Source: a virus. Taken from it: 64,000 nucleotides of DNA. The DNA lies in the IMG/VR virus record IMGVR_UViG_3300047157_000171. The stretch is one strand, 5' to 3'. Shown here in pieces: positions 19,125-28,718 of this stretch (the first letter of the stretch is position 1; each line of letters begins with the position of its first letter). The position numbers and the translations under genes were made by a program. The notes under the pieces were generated by a model, which saw nothing but the letters and a program-made list of their open reading frames with translations, did not search any database and was not told the origin of the DNA.

Positions 19125-20903
19125 ATGACTAAACAGGAATTAATAACAGAATATACTAAATGTTTAAAGGATACTCCTTACGCATTGAAGACTTATTTAG
19201 AGACGTATGATAATACGCAGTCTAAATACGTCCCCTTTGAATTATTTCCTGACCAAGAACAACTAATAAGGGATTACGACACATATAATGAAAACTTAGC
19301 ACTTAAGTATAGACAGGCGGGTGTTTCTACGGCAACCTCGGCTTGGGTTAGTAAAAAATTACAATTCGCATCCCCTAAACAACCTGAGAAAGTTCTAATT
19401 ATTGCGAACAAACTTGATACCGCCAAAGAAATGGCGAATAAGGTTAGAGGGTTTTTGAATCAATGGCCTGAATGGATTAACGTAGGGTTTTCTAAAGATA
19501 AAGATTCTCAGTCACACTTCCGTTTGAATAATGGTTGTGAGGTTAAGGCGGTCGCAACCTCTATGGATGCACTAAGGGGGTACACACCAACGGTGTTGGT
19601 TTTTGATGAAGCGGCGTATATTGATGCCGGTAACGATTTTTGGGCTGCGTGTATGGCGTCTCTGTCTACGGGGGGTAAAGTAATTGTGGTATCAACACCT
19701 AACGGGTTTGATAAAATTTACTATGAGATATACGCTCAGAGTCAACAAGGATTAAATGATTTTAAGATTACTGAAATGGTGTGGTATAAAGACCCTCGTT
19801 TTACTAAAGATTTAAAGTGGATTAAAACCAAAGATATTATTGACTATATTTTAAACAGAGATAAGTATGACGACAATGAAGTTGTATTAATTGAAAATAA
19901 TCAAGACGAATTCCCTAAATTAATTAAGAAGGGTTATAAACCATATTCTAGTTGGTTTGAACAAATGTCTAAAAAGTTAAAGTATGATAGACGTAAAATT
20001 TCACAGGAGTTAGAGAATAACTTTTTAGGTTCAGGGGATAATGTAATCCCTCCTGACACAATCGAAATGATTAAAGAAAGAATGATAGAAGAACCTAAAG
20101 AAAAATATATGGCGGGCCAAATGTGGGTTTGGAACGAACCAAAAAAAGACCATAGATATATTATGGGGGTAGACGTATCTCGAGGAGATTCTGAAGATTC
20201 ATCGTCTATTTGTATTGTTGATTTTGATACGAGAGAACAGGTCGCTGAGTACTTAGGTAAGATACCGCCAGATGAGTTGGCAGATGTTTGCTTCAAATGG
20301 GGAACTATGTATTCCGCCTTTACCGTTGTGGATATTACCGGTGGTATGGGGGTTGCGACTGTTAGAAAATTACAGGAATTAGGTTATAAAGATTTATATG
20401 TTGATGGTATCAACGCGTTTGATAAATGGTCTTGGAATCCTAAAGCCCACGAAAAAATGCCGGGTTTATCATTTAATAGTAAACGAACACAAATTGTTGC
20501 CGCATTTGAAGAATCGTTGAGACATAATTTTGTTGTTAAATCGACAAGATTACTTAACGAGATGAATACTTTTGTCTATATTAATGGTAAGGCAGACCAT
20601 ATGAAAGGTCATCATGATGATTTAATTATGGCGATGGCGATGTGTGTATATGTTGGCGAGTTCTCATTTTCTTTATTAAAGAAATCTGAGGAATCGACAA
20701 AGGCTTTATTAGAAGGGTGGACAGTCGCTGAAAGACCGAACACACCTCAACCACAACAGAACAGTAATAGAAGACAATTAGGGTCACTGGACCCGTTTAG
20801 AGGTATTGCACCAAATAACCCATCAAACCCAAACCGTGTCGCTGGTAGACAAGACTATTCGGATTTTTCATGGTTAATGGGTGGTAAAAGAAGGAATAAT
20901 TAA
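19125..20903 (+). CDS. terL: Terminase large subunit (T4 gp17-like)
   Basis: LKYRQAGVST variant Walker A, LVFDEAAY Walker B, VVSTPNG motif III, MGVDVSRG and HDDLIMA nuclease motifs. Confidence 0.95.
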   Translation: MTKQELITEYTKCLKDTPYALKTYLETYDNTQSKYVPFELFPDQEQLIRDYDTYNENLALKYRQAGVSTATSAWVSKKLQFASPKQPEKVLIIANKLDTAKEMANKVRGFLNQWPEWINVGFSKDKDSQSHFRLNNGCEVKAVATSMDALRGYTPTVLVFDEAAYIDAGNDFWAACMASLSTGGKVIVVSTPNGFDKIYYEIYAQSQQGLNDFKITEMVWYKDPRFTKDLKWIKTKDIIDYILNRDKYDDNEVVLIENNQDEFPKLIKKGYKPYSSWFEQMSKKLKYDRRKISQELENNFLGSGDNVIPPDTIEMIKERMIEEPKEKYMAGQMWVWNEPKKDHRYIMGVDVSRGDSEDSSSICIVDFDTREQVAEYLGKIPPDELADVCFKWGTMYSAFTVVDITGGMGVATVRKLQELGYKDLYVDGINAFDKWSWNPKAHEKMPGLSFNSKRTQIVAAFEESLRHNFVVKSTRLLNEMNTFVYINGKADHMKGHHDDLIMAMAMCVYVGEFSFSLLKKSEESTKALLEGWTVAERPNTPQPQQNSNRRQLGSLDPFRGIAPNNPSNPNRVAGRQDYSDFSWLMGGKRRNN

Positions 20904-20958
20904 TATTGACTTAGAATAATATTTCAACTAATATTATTTTGAATATTTATATGTTAAC

Positions 20959-22791
20959 ATGGCAGAGCAAAATTATACAATTTATCAAAGATTAGGTAAA
21001 CTATTTGGAGGAACTACAGGAGCAAGTCCTGTTAGTGACCCAGCACCTACATACAATTTTGATAAGAAAGAATTGTTAAGGACTACGGATAGTGCGGAGT
21101 ATGAGCAGGAAAAACTACAAGCACAACAAGCGTTGTTCTTAAATAACCAATGGACTAAAATCGATAGTCAGTTATATCAACAGGCGGTTTTTCATGAACC
21201 AAATAGGATGGCTGCGTATTACGATTATGAGTCTATGGAGTTTACTCCTGAGATATCAGCGGCTTTAGATATATATGCTGAAGAAGCAACGACACTGTCA
21301 GAACAAGGGTATATCTTAAATGTTTATTCAGAGAGTAAAAGAATTAAATCAATATTAGGTGATTTATTTAATAACATATTAGACATTGACACTAACTTAC
21401 CTATGTGGACTAGAAACACATGTAAGTATGGTGATAATTTTCTTTATCTTAAATTAGACCCAAAGAAAGGTATTATTGGTTGTAACCAATTACCGAATAT
21501 GGAAGTTGAAAGAATAGAGAAAGGAATGAATGTTCACGGGTCAAGTGGTAATCAAAGTAATTCTTCAGAATCAAGAGAAACCAAATATGTTTGGAAAGAA
21601 AAAGATATGGAGTTTAATGTGTGGGAAATAGCACACTTTAGATTATTGGGTGACGATAGAAAATTACCTTATGGTACTTCTATGTTAGAAAAAGCAAGAC
21701 GTATTTGGAAACAATTAGTTTTGGCTGAGGATGCGATGTTAATCTATAGAACTTCAAGAGCACCTGAAAGAAGGGTATTCAAAGTATTTGTGGGTAATAT
21801 GGACGATAAAGATGTTGACCAATATGTACAACGAATTGCGAACAAGTTTAAAAGAGATAATGTGGTGGACCCAGCAAACGGGCAAGTGGACCAAAGGTAT
21901 AATCAAATGGCGGTTGACCAAGATTACTTTATCCCTGTACGTGACCCTAACGCACCTAACCCAATCGATACGCTACCAGGAGCACAAAACCTTTCTGAGA
22001 TTGCTGATATCGAATACATACAAAAGAAATTATTAGCGGCACTTCGTATACCTAAAGCGTTTTTAGGGTTTGAAGATGTGGTCGCTGACGGTAAAAACTT
22101 ATCATTACAAGATATACGTTTCGCAAGAACTATTAATCGTATTCAAAAGGCAATGATTCAAGAGTTAAATAAAATTGCCGTAATCCATTTATATATGTTA
22201 GGGATGGAGGATGAACTTAATAACTTTACATTAGGTTTAACAAATCCTTCGACACAGTCTGACTTACTTAAGGTTGAGGCTTGGAAAGAAAAGATATTAC
22301 TTTATAAAGATGCGGTAAGTGACCCAGGAAATGGTATATCTGCAGTATCACACACATGGGCTAAGAAAACAATTTTAGGTATGTCTGATGAAGAGGTTAA
22401 ACTTGATTTACAACAACAACGTTTTGAAAAGGCAATTGCTAGTGAATTGGAAACGACATCAGAAGTGATAAAGAAAACAGGTGTCTTTACAAATATAGAT
22501 GAATTATACGGAGACCCTGATGCTCCTGAACCTACAGGTGATGTGGATGATGGTTCTGATATGGGAGGTATGGGAGACACAGGTATGGATTCCCCAGCAA
22601 CGGAAGAACCTTCTGACGATATACCAATGGATACTGACGGTGGAGAATTAGGTGAGAGTAATACCGAAGAAGATTTATCCATTATATTAGAAACTAAGGA
22701 CTTTGGTGTCCCTAAAAAATTAAATCTAATGAAGGGTCAAGAAGTGACTACTGAGTTAGAAAAAAAGCTTAAAAATATCTTAGGAGAGTAA
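20959..22791 (+). CDS. Portal protein (T4 gp20-like)
   Basis: YESMEFTPEISAALDIYAEE, PYGTSMLEKARRIWKQL, RAPERRVF, DYFIPVR, IRFARTINRIQ. Confidence 0.93.
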   Translation: MAEQNYTIYQRLGKLFGGTTGASPVSDPAPTYNFDKKELLRTTDSAEYEQEKLQAQQALFLNNQWTKIDSQLYQQAVFHEPNRMAAYYDYESMEFTPEISAALDIYAEEATTLSEQGYILNVYSESKRIKSILGDLFNNILDIDTNLPMWTRNTCKYGDNFLYLKLDPKKGIIGCNQLPNMEVERIEKGMNVHGSSGNQSNSSESRETKYVWKEKDMEFNVWEIAHFRLLGDDRKLPYGTSMLEKARRIWKQLVLAEDAMLIYRTSRAPERRVFKVFVGNMDDKDVDQYVQRIANKFKRDNVVDPANGQVDQRYNQMAVDQDYFIPVRDPNAPNPIDTLPGAQNLSEIADIEYIQKKLLAALRIPKAFLGFEDVVADGKNLSLQDIRFARTINRIQKAMIQELNKIAVIHLYMLGMEDELNNFTLGLTNPSTQSDLLKVEAWKEKILLYKDAVSDPGNGISAVSHTWAKKTILGMSDEEVKLDLQQQRFEKAIASELETTSEVIKKTGVFTNIDELYGDPDAPEPTGDVDDGSDMGGMGDTGMDSPATEEPSDDIPMDTDGGELGESNTEEDLSIILETKDFGVPKKLNLMKGQEVTTELEKKLKNILGE

Positions 22792-22834
22792 TTAATACAA
22801 ACTTTAAGATATTTATTAGTAAACACATTGTAAT

Positions 22835-23560
22835 ATGATTGCTTTAGGAAAATTAAGACAACAGGTTTATACTCGCTTAGCCGAAGAATATACAAACAAA
22901 GAAACGTTTAAAAAAACGTTCAATACAATAATGACTGTATTAAATGAAAACAAATCTCTTAATAAGGTTTTTAACATTTATACAGATTTCGAAAATAGGC
23001 ATATCTCTAGTAAAGAAATCGCTTCAGAGTTTATTGTTGAGGCAGTAAATGAAATCAAATCTTTAATGACTAAAGATTACGTTTCAGGAGTTAAGAAACT
23101 TTCTACGTTGGTTGGTCAAGTAAAATGTAATGAGAACGAAACTACAAAACATTTAGACATTTTAGTTCACAATCACGGGTACGAAACATTAGTGGAACGT
23201 ATTGAGTCAAAGAATACTTTAGTTGGTATTTTAACCGAACCTAAAGAGATTAAGGAATCTACTAATCCTGTAACACAATCAATATTATCTTCTTTATTGG
23301 TAACTAAATTTAATGACAAATTTTCGGTAATGACCGAATCTGAGAAAGAAAAGTTTAAGAAATATACTGACATGAATACGTCAGAAGTTAATGATATAGT
23401 TACTGAATTAAAAACACAACTTAGAGAGTCAATTAATGAATTGAAGTCTAATGTTGAATTAAAAGAGATTGTTTTAGAAGTTGAAAAGAAAGTAGACGAA
23501 AGTGGTTCAGATTTATTATCTTTAGTAAAATTAGAACAACTTAAAGAAAGTTTATCTTAA
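22835..23560 (+). CDS. Hypothetical helical protein downstream of the portal
   Basis: 241 aa, late motif at 22810. Confidence 0.75.
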   Translation: MIALGKLRQQVYTRLAEEYTNKETFKKTFNTIMTVLNENKSLNKVFNIYTDFENRHISSKEIASEFIVEAVNEIKSLMTKDYVSGVKKLSTLVGQVKCNENETTKHLDILVHNHGYETLVERIESKNTLVGILTEPKEIKESTNPVTQSILSSLLVTKFNDKFSVMTESEKEKFKKYTDMNTSEVNDIVTELKTQLRESINELKSNVELKEIVLEVEKKVDESGSDLLSLVKLEQLKESLS

Positions 23561-23751
23561 AGTTCTTCTCTATCACTTTTAGCTTGTAGGTATACCGCCT
23601 TAGATTTTTGTTTTCTTTTAATAGACGAAGGTTTTTCGTGATATCTGTTTTCTCTTATTTTTTGTTGTTGTTTAACGTTACGAACTTTCCTTTTATACCT
23701 TTTCAAGGCTCTTTCGATAGATTCATTTTTTCCTAATTTTATAATTAACAT
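23557..23751 (-). CDS. rpsU: Ribosomal protein bS21
   Basis: MLIIKLGKNESIERALKRYKRK...IRENRYHEKPSSIKRK, Bacteroidota-style S21. Confidence 0.9.
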   Translation of the reverse strand: MLIIKLGKNESIERALKRYKRKVRNVKQQQKIRENRYHEKPSSIKRKQKSKAVYLQAKSDREEL

Positions 23752-23833
23752 ATATTGTATTTAAATTCTTATTTATTATAAATATACGGAATATCTTTGT
23801 ATTATACAATACTTCTAAAAAAAAGTAAGTTTT

Positions 23834-23862
23834 TTGACATGTAGGGTTATTTTTACTATAAT
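23834..23862 (+). promoter_or_regulatory. Perfect TTGACA-N17-TATAAT promoter
   Basis: TTGACA 23834-23839, TATAAT 23857-23862. Confidence 0.7.
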
Positions 23863-23901
23863 ATTATCAGGGACAATAAAAAGAAAAGATTATGATAATA
23901 T

Positions 23902-24339
23902 ATGAAATCAGGTAAATTCATAAATTTAAATGTTAATGAACAATTTAAATGTGGGTACGGAACTGTAGACTCAAAAAACTTAAAATCAATATACTCTAAA
24001 ATAACCTGTTGGATTGAACCAACAAATAACGTAACTAATTGGAATACCGTAATAGGTGGTTTAAAACGTAAGATATCAGGTAAATTAACAGAAACTCTAA
24101 ATATTACAGATAAATTTAAAAAGGATAGGTTTATTGTTGATTTAGATATTAGGGCGAGTGGGTTAGAAAAAGGTAAGAAGTCTTTTATGAACTGTGAGAT
24201 AACACTGTTTACAAATGGTAGTTATGAGATTAGAGACGTAGATTTTAAAACAGATGTTAATCACATAATAGAGAATATAATCGATAATTCGGTTATCCCC
24301 TATTCAAGTTTTACGTACTATAAAAGTAAGAGAGGTTAG
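23902..24339 (+). CDS. Hypothetical protein
   Basis: 145 aa between its own promoter and terminator. Confidence 0.75.
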   Translation: MKSGKFINLNVNEQFKCGYGTVDSKNLKSIYSKITCWIEPTNNVTNWNTVIGGLKRKISGKLTETLNITDKFKKDRFIVDLDIRASGLEKGKKSFMNCEITLFTNGSYEIRDVDFKTDVNHIIENIIDNSVIPYSSFTYYKSKRG

Positions 24340-24353
24340 TCCTCTCTTTTTTT
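24328..24353 (+). terminator. Intrinsic terminator overlapping the stop codon
   Basis: AAGAGAGG-TTAGT-CCTCTCTT plus T tract. Confidence 0.7.
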
Positions 24354-24420
24354 ATACCCAAACTTTATAAAATTTTTCTTTGTATTAATATATTTATAGT
24401 ATAGAAACATATGTAACATT

Positions 24421-25110
24421 ATGAAAATATTGAACCAAAACGATACGAACACAAGAGGTATCCTTATAGAATATGACGCTGGTCATATAAAACCTTCTGA
24501 AAACAAATCAGTTATCAGAGAGATGAAGGAGATGAATAAAGATAACTTTGTGTTGTATGCGGTACTTCAAAAATACGATACCCCAAACAAAAACGGTAGA
24601 ATTTACGGTGAAAGAATCCTAAAGAGAGAAACCGACAACTATAAAACATTAATAGAACAAGGAAGAGCGTTAGGTGAATTAAATCACCCTGAAACTTCTT
24701 TAGTCGATTTAGAGAGAACATCACACCGTATTACTGAGTGTTGGTGGGACGGTAAAATATTAATGGGTAAAGTTGAATTATTGACATCTGAAGCATTTAG
24801 GTCTACAGGACAGATTACGTGTATGGGTGATATCGCAGCGAATTTATTATTACACGGAGTCACATTAGGTATTTCATCAAGAGGTGTAGGGTCATTAAAA
24901 AAATCAGGAGAATATAATGAAGTACAAGATGACTTCGAAATGGTTTGTTTTGATTTAGTATCATCACCATCAACACCAGGAGCATATCTATTCCAAGACG
25001 AGGGAGATAGAGAGAAATATGCTGAGTCTATAGATAAGAAAGAACCTACTATCACTGATAATAAGACACTAAACTTAATGAACAAATTAAACTCATTCTT
25101 AGGAAAATAA
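24421..25110 (+). CDS. Prohead core protease (T4 gp21-like)
   Basis: NKNGRIYG, ALGELNHPE, SHRIT, LGISSRGVGSL, FDLVSSPSTPGA. Confidence 0.93.
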   Translation: MKILNQNDTNTRGILIEYDAGHIKPSENKSVIREMKEMNKDNFVLYAVLQKYDTPNKNGRIYGERILKRETDNYKTLIEQGRALGELNHPETSLVDLERTSHRITECWWDGKILMGKVELLTSEAFRSTGQITCMGDIAANLLLHGVTLGISSRGVGSLKKSGEYNEVQDDFEMVCFDLVSSPSTPGAYLFQDEGDREKYAESIDKKEPTITDNKTLNLMNKLNSFLGK

Positions 25111-25212
25111 AAAAAAACTTAATATTTATTCGTTTGTAGTATGTTTTTTTCGTACTACAAATATATTTATATAAGTATAATAAAATAAATACATTAAAAA
25201 AACATAGAAAAA

Positions 25213-26496
25213 ATGGCTAAATCAATCTTAGAAGAAGCATTACTTCAGGTGTCACAACTTGAGGAAGCGGTTAAGAACAACGCAAAAGAAATACTTGCAT
25301 CTACAATGAAGCAAGAAATTGATGAGCTAGTAAGAGAATCTATGGAAGAACCTCAAGAGGACGTAGAAGCATCGTTAGAGATGGAACCTACAGAAGAATT
25401 ATCAGAAGAATCTACAGACGTAGAAGAAACTGAATTAGACGAACAATTTGAGGGGTCTGAAGATGAAGACGAATCTGAAGAATCAGATGACGACGAAATA
25501 GAAGACGAAGACGAAGACAACGATGACGATGAGTCAGAGGAGTTAGAAGACTTCGATTCTAAAGAAGAGTCAGAAGAGGAATCGGAATTCGGAGACATTG
25601 AAATGCCAACGTTAGAATTACCATCACTTGATGATGAGGAGGACGAGGTTATTGATATGACAGGCGCATCTGACGAAGAGATTCTAAAAGTCTTCAAATC
25701 CATGGGAGAAGAAGACGGTATCATCGTATCACAAGAAGAAGACGGAACTGTTCACTTAGAGGACGGAGATGACGAGTACAGAATTGAAGTTAACGAATCT
25801 GAAGACGAAGAGTCTGATGAGGAAATTGCTGAAGAGGAAGTATCGGAATCGACGGAACCTATCGAAGAGTCGTCTGATGAAGTAGTTTATGAAATAGAAT
25901 TAGACGAAGAAGTTACTGAAGAAGTGGCAGAAGAAGAAGTTACTGAAGAAGTAGTGGAAGAAGAAGTTACTGAAGAAGTTACTGAAGGGTCTGAGGAAGA
26001 AGAAGAAACTCCTGAAGCTGATATGGAAGAGGCATCAAGAACTCACGCAGCTGACGCAAGAGTCCCTTCAAATCAAGGTAAAAAATATAAAGCAGGTCGT
26101 GCTGACTTAAGCGAAGATATTAAAACTTTGAAAACGAAGAACGGCGAATTAACTGAAGCCTTAAAGGTATTCAGAGACAAATTAAACGAAGTTGGAGTAT
26201 TCAACGCAAACTTAGCATACGCTACGAGATTGTTTACGGAACACACAACAACGAAATCGGAGAAATTAAACATCTTAAAGAGATTTGACGGTATTGAAAC
26301 GTTAAAAGAATCTAAGTCGTTATACAATTCGATTAAAAATGAATTAACTGCTTCAGATACAAAGTTAACTGAAACAGTTGTAAACAAAATTTCATCATCA
26401 CCAAAATCAGGTTCATCTGAAAAATTAGTGGAGTCTAAAACTTATGAGAATCCACAGATTAGAAGAATCAAAGAGATGATGGGTATTGTTAAATAA
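25213..26496 (+). CDS. Prohead scaffold/core protein (gp22-like)
   Basis: Extremely acidic middle, coiled-coil C-terminus, lies between protease and MCP. Confidence 0.8.
   Translation: MAKSILEEALLQVSQLEEAVKNNAKEILASTMKQEIDELVRESMEEPQEDVEASLEMEPTEELSEESTDVEETELDEQFEGSEDEDESEESDDDEIEDEDEDNDDDESEELEDFDSKEESEEESEFGDIEMPTLELPSLDDEEDEVIDMTGASDEEILKVFKSMGEEDGIIVSQEEDGTVHLEDGDDEYRIEVNESEDEESDEEIAEEEVSESTEPIEESSDEVVYEIELDEEVTEEVAEEEVTEEVVEEEVTEEVTEGSEEEEETPEADMEEASRTHAADARVPSNQGKKYKAGRADLSEDIKTLKTKNGELTEALKVFRDKLNEVGVFNANLAYATRLFTEHTTTKSEKLNILKRFDGIETLKESKSLYNSIKNELTASDTKLTETVVNKISSSPKSGSSEKLVESKTYENPQIRRIKEMMGIVK
25906..25986 (+). repeat. Tandem EEVTEEV repeats in the scaffold gene
   Basis: gaagaagttactgaagaagt units recur with ~27-nt period. 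Confidence 0.7.
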
Positions 26497-26531
26497 TAAA
26501 ATAAATAAAATTAATATAAAACCAAATTAAA

Positions 26532-28271
26532 ATGGGAGCATTATTAGAATCAGGATTAGTTGGTAACATCGGGTTAAAACACCTAAAAGTTATCAAAGAA
26601 GACACAATTAACAAATGGGACAAATTAGGATTTTTAGAAGGTCTTAACGGTCACCAAAAAGAGAACGTTGCACAGTTATTTGAAAACCAAGCATCGTACT
26701 TAATTAACGAGGCAGCTCACACGGATTCAGCAGGTTCATTCGAAACTGTAGTATTTCCAATCGTAAGAAGAGTATTCTCAAAATTATTAGCTAACGATAT
26801 CGTATCGGTACAAGCTATGAACTTACCAATCGGTAAATTATTCTTCTTCGTACCAAAGGTACAAGATAGAAAAAGTGATAATGGTCACTATAAGCCATTC
26901 GGATTTCCAGGAACTGATGAGTACAACTCTTCATCAATGGCAGGATATGAAAACGGTTCAAAGAATTTATATGATAGATTCTACGAAGACGGTTCGACTG
27001 ACTCAGGAATGTTTGATTACTCAAAAGGTGAATTCATTCAAGGTTCTGTAGCAGGTACGGCAATCGTAGTAGCAGACCCTAATGCAAATCCACCAATTGC
27101 AGGTTCAGTAGGAGATTTAACGTCAACTGATGATTTATCTTCAGCAGTATCTAAAGTAAAATTAAACTTTAAAGGTTTCCAAGATGCAGGTGCTGGTAAA
27201 TTACACGGACCAAACGGTCAAGAAGTAGATTCAGAAGAATTCTTAGCTTCATTAACAGTTAAATTAAACAATAAAGAAGTAGACTTTAGAGTAGTAACTC
27301 AGAAGTATGGTCAAGGTATCGTTGGAGGTTTAACTTCAAAGGATTCAGCAGCTACACCAGGTGGTCAATTCCAACAAATATGTGATGCTGATGGTATCAT
27401 ACATTTAGAAGCTGATGTTGAAACATATGACGCAGCAGCAGGATGGTCAGCACAATCAGTAGCTATTACAGATTTCAAAGTAGAGTGGAGACAATACTCT
27501 GATTTAGAATTTGAAGACGCTATCGGTGAGGTTTCTTTTGACTTAGAGTCAGTAACTGTATCTGTAACGGAAAGAAAATTAAGAGCATCTTGGTCACCAG
27601 AATTGGCACAAGACGTTTCTGCTTTCCATAACATCGATGCTGAAGCTGAATTAACGGCTTTATTATCTGAGCAAGTAGCAGCAGAAATCGATAGAGAAAT
27701 CTTAAGAGACTTAAGAAAAGGTGCAGCATGGCAATTAAAGTGGGACTACAATGAGTGGAAATACGGAAACGGTGGAAATTCATTCGCAGGTTACACACAG
27801 AAAGATTGGAACCAAACATTAATCACTAAGATTAACCAAGTTTCAGCACAAATCCACAAATCTACCTTAAGAGGTGGAGCTAACTGGATTGTTGTTTCTT
27901 CTGAAGTATCAGCAGTATTTGATGATTTAGAATACTTCCACGTATCTAACGCATCACCTGAACAAGATTCATACAACATGGGTATTGAAAAGGTAGGAAC
28001 ATTAGCAGGTAGATACCAAGTGTATAGAGACCCTTACTTCCCAGCAGGAAAAATCTTAATGGGACATAAAGGTACATCTTTATTAGACACAGGTTATGTA
28101 TACGCACCATACGTGCCATTACAGTTAACACCTACAATGTATAACCCGTTCAACTTTACTCCGATAAAGGGTATTATGACGAGATACGCTAAGAAAATGG
28201 TTAATAACCGTTTCTATGGTGTGATTTCAGTAGCGGGTCTACAATCATTCGATATCTCTGAATTAAGATAA
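26532..28271 (+). CDS. Major capsid protein (T4 gp23-like)
   Basis: VFPIVRRVF, VQAMNLPIGKLF, RKLRASWSPELAQD, YAPYVPL, IMTRYAKK; predicted maturation site LINE60/A61. Confidence 0.96.
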   Translation: MGALLESGLVGNIGLKHLKVIKEDTINKWDKLGFLEGLNGHQKENVAQLFENQASYLINEAAHTDSAGSFETVVFPIVRRVFSKLLANDIVSVQAMNLPIGKLFFFVPKVQDRKSDNGHYKPFGFPGTDEYNSSSMAGYENGSKNLYDRFYEDGSTDSGMFDYSKGEFIQGSVAGTAIVVADPNANPPIAGSVGDLTSTDDLSSAVSKVKLNFKGFQDAGAGKLHGPNGQEVDSEEFLASLTVKLNNKEVDFRVVTQKYGQGIVGGLTSKDSAATPGGQFQQICDADGIIHLEADVETYDAAAGWSAQSVAITDFKVEWRQYSDLEFEDAIGEVSFDLESVTVSVTERKLRASWSPELAQDVSAFHNIDAEAELTALLSEQVAAEIDREILRDLRKGAAWQLKWDYNEWKYGNGGNSFAGYTQKDWNQTLITKINQVSAQIHKSTLRGGANWIVVSSEVSAVFDDLEYFHVSNASPEQDSYNMGIEKVGTLAGRYQVYRDPYFPAGKILMGHKGTSLLDTGYVYAPYVPLQLTPTMYNPFNFTPIKGIMTRYAKKMVNNRFYGVISVAGLQSFDISELR

Positions 28272-28299
28272 TCTTAATCTAAAGATAACAATTATAATT

Positions 28300-28326
28300 A
28301 AGGGTTCCTTCGGGGACCCTTTTTTT
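28300..28326 (+). terminator. Intrinsic terminator after MCP
   Basis: AAGGGTTCC-TTCG-GGGACCCTT plus T tract (UUCG loop). Confidence 0.85.
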
Positions 28327-28421
28327 ATGCTAAGAAAAAAGGATTATCTTTACAATAGAAATGTAACGTGATAAGATTTTTGAAATAACTTTACAGATGG
28401 ATTATATTAAGTATAAGAACC

Positions 28422-28448
28422 AAAAAAAAACGAGAATTAACTCGTTTT
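28422..28448 (-). terminator. Intrinsic terminator for the minus-strand operon
   Basis: AAACGAG-AATTAA-CTCGTTT with a T9 tract on the minus strand. Confidence 0.7.
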
Positions 28449-28451
28449 GTA

Positions 28452-28718
28452 TTATTGTTTTTCTGATATGGTTATTTTAAGGTCACCAGTACCTTTAAAT
28501 ATTCTATGATATACCATCTTAGGAATTTTATATGTTCGTCCTTCTAATAAGACCTGAGGTAGTTCTTCATCCATTTGTAACATCCATCCATTACTCTGTT
28601 CTATAAAAACCTCACGAGTGTTTAAATCTCTATGCCATACGAGTTCTTCAGAATCCACATCTTCGGTGAATATTCTTTTGAATTTATATTTACTAATATT
28701 TTCCTGTTCGTATACCAT
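28452..28718 (-). CDS. Small cupin-like protein
   Basis: ELVWHRD...IPKMVYHRIFKG. Confidence 0.55.
   Translation of the reverse strand: MVYEQENISKYKFKRIFTEDVDSEELVWHRDLNTREVFIEQSNGWMLQMDEELPQVLLEGRTYKIPKMVYHRIFKGTGDLKITISEKQ

Noticed and set aside
14594-25986. Short tandem repeats as a CRISPR array or VNTR system
   Set aside because: They are in-frame low-complexity coding repeats (PAMDE, EEVTE) with no spacers; no cas genes seen.
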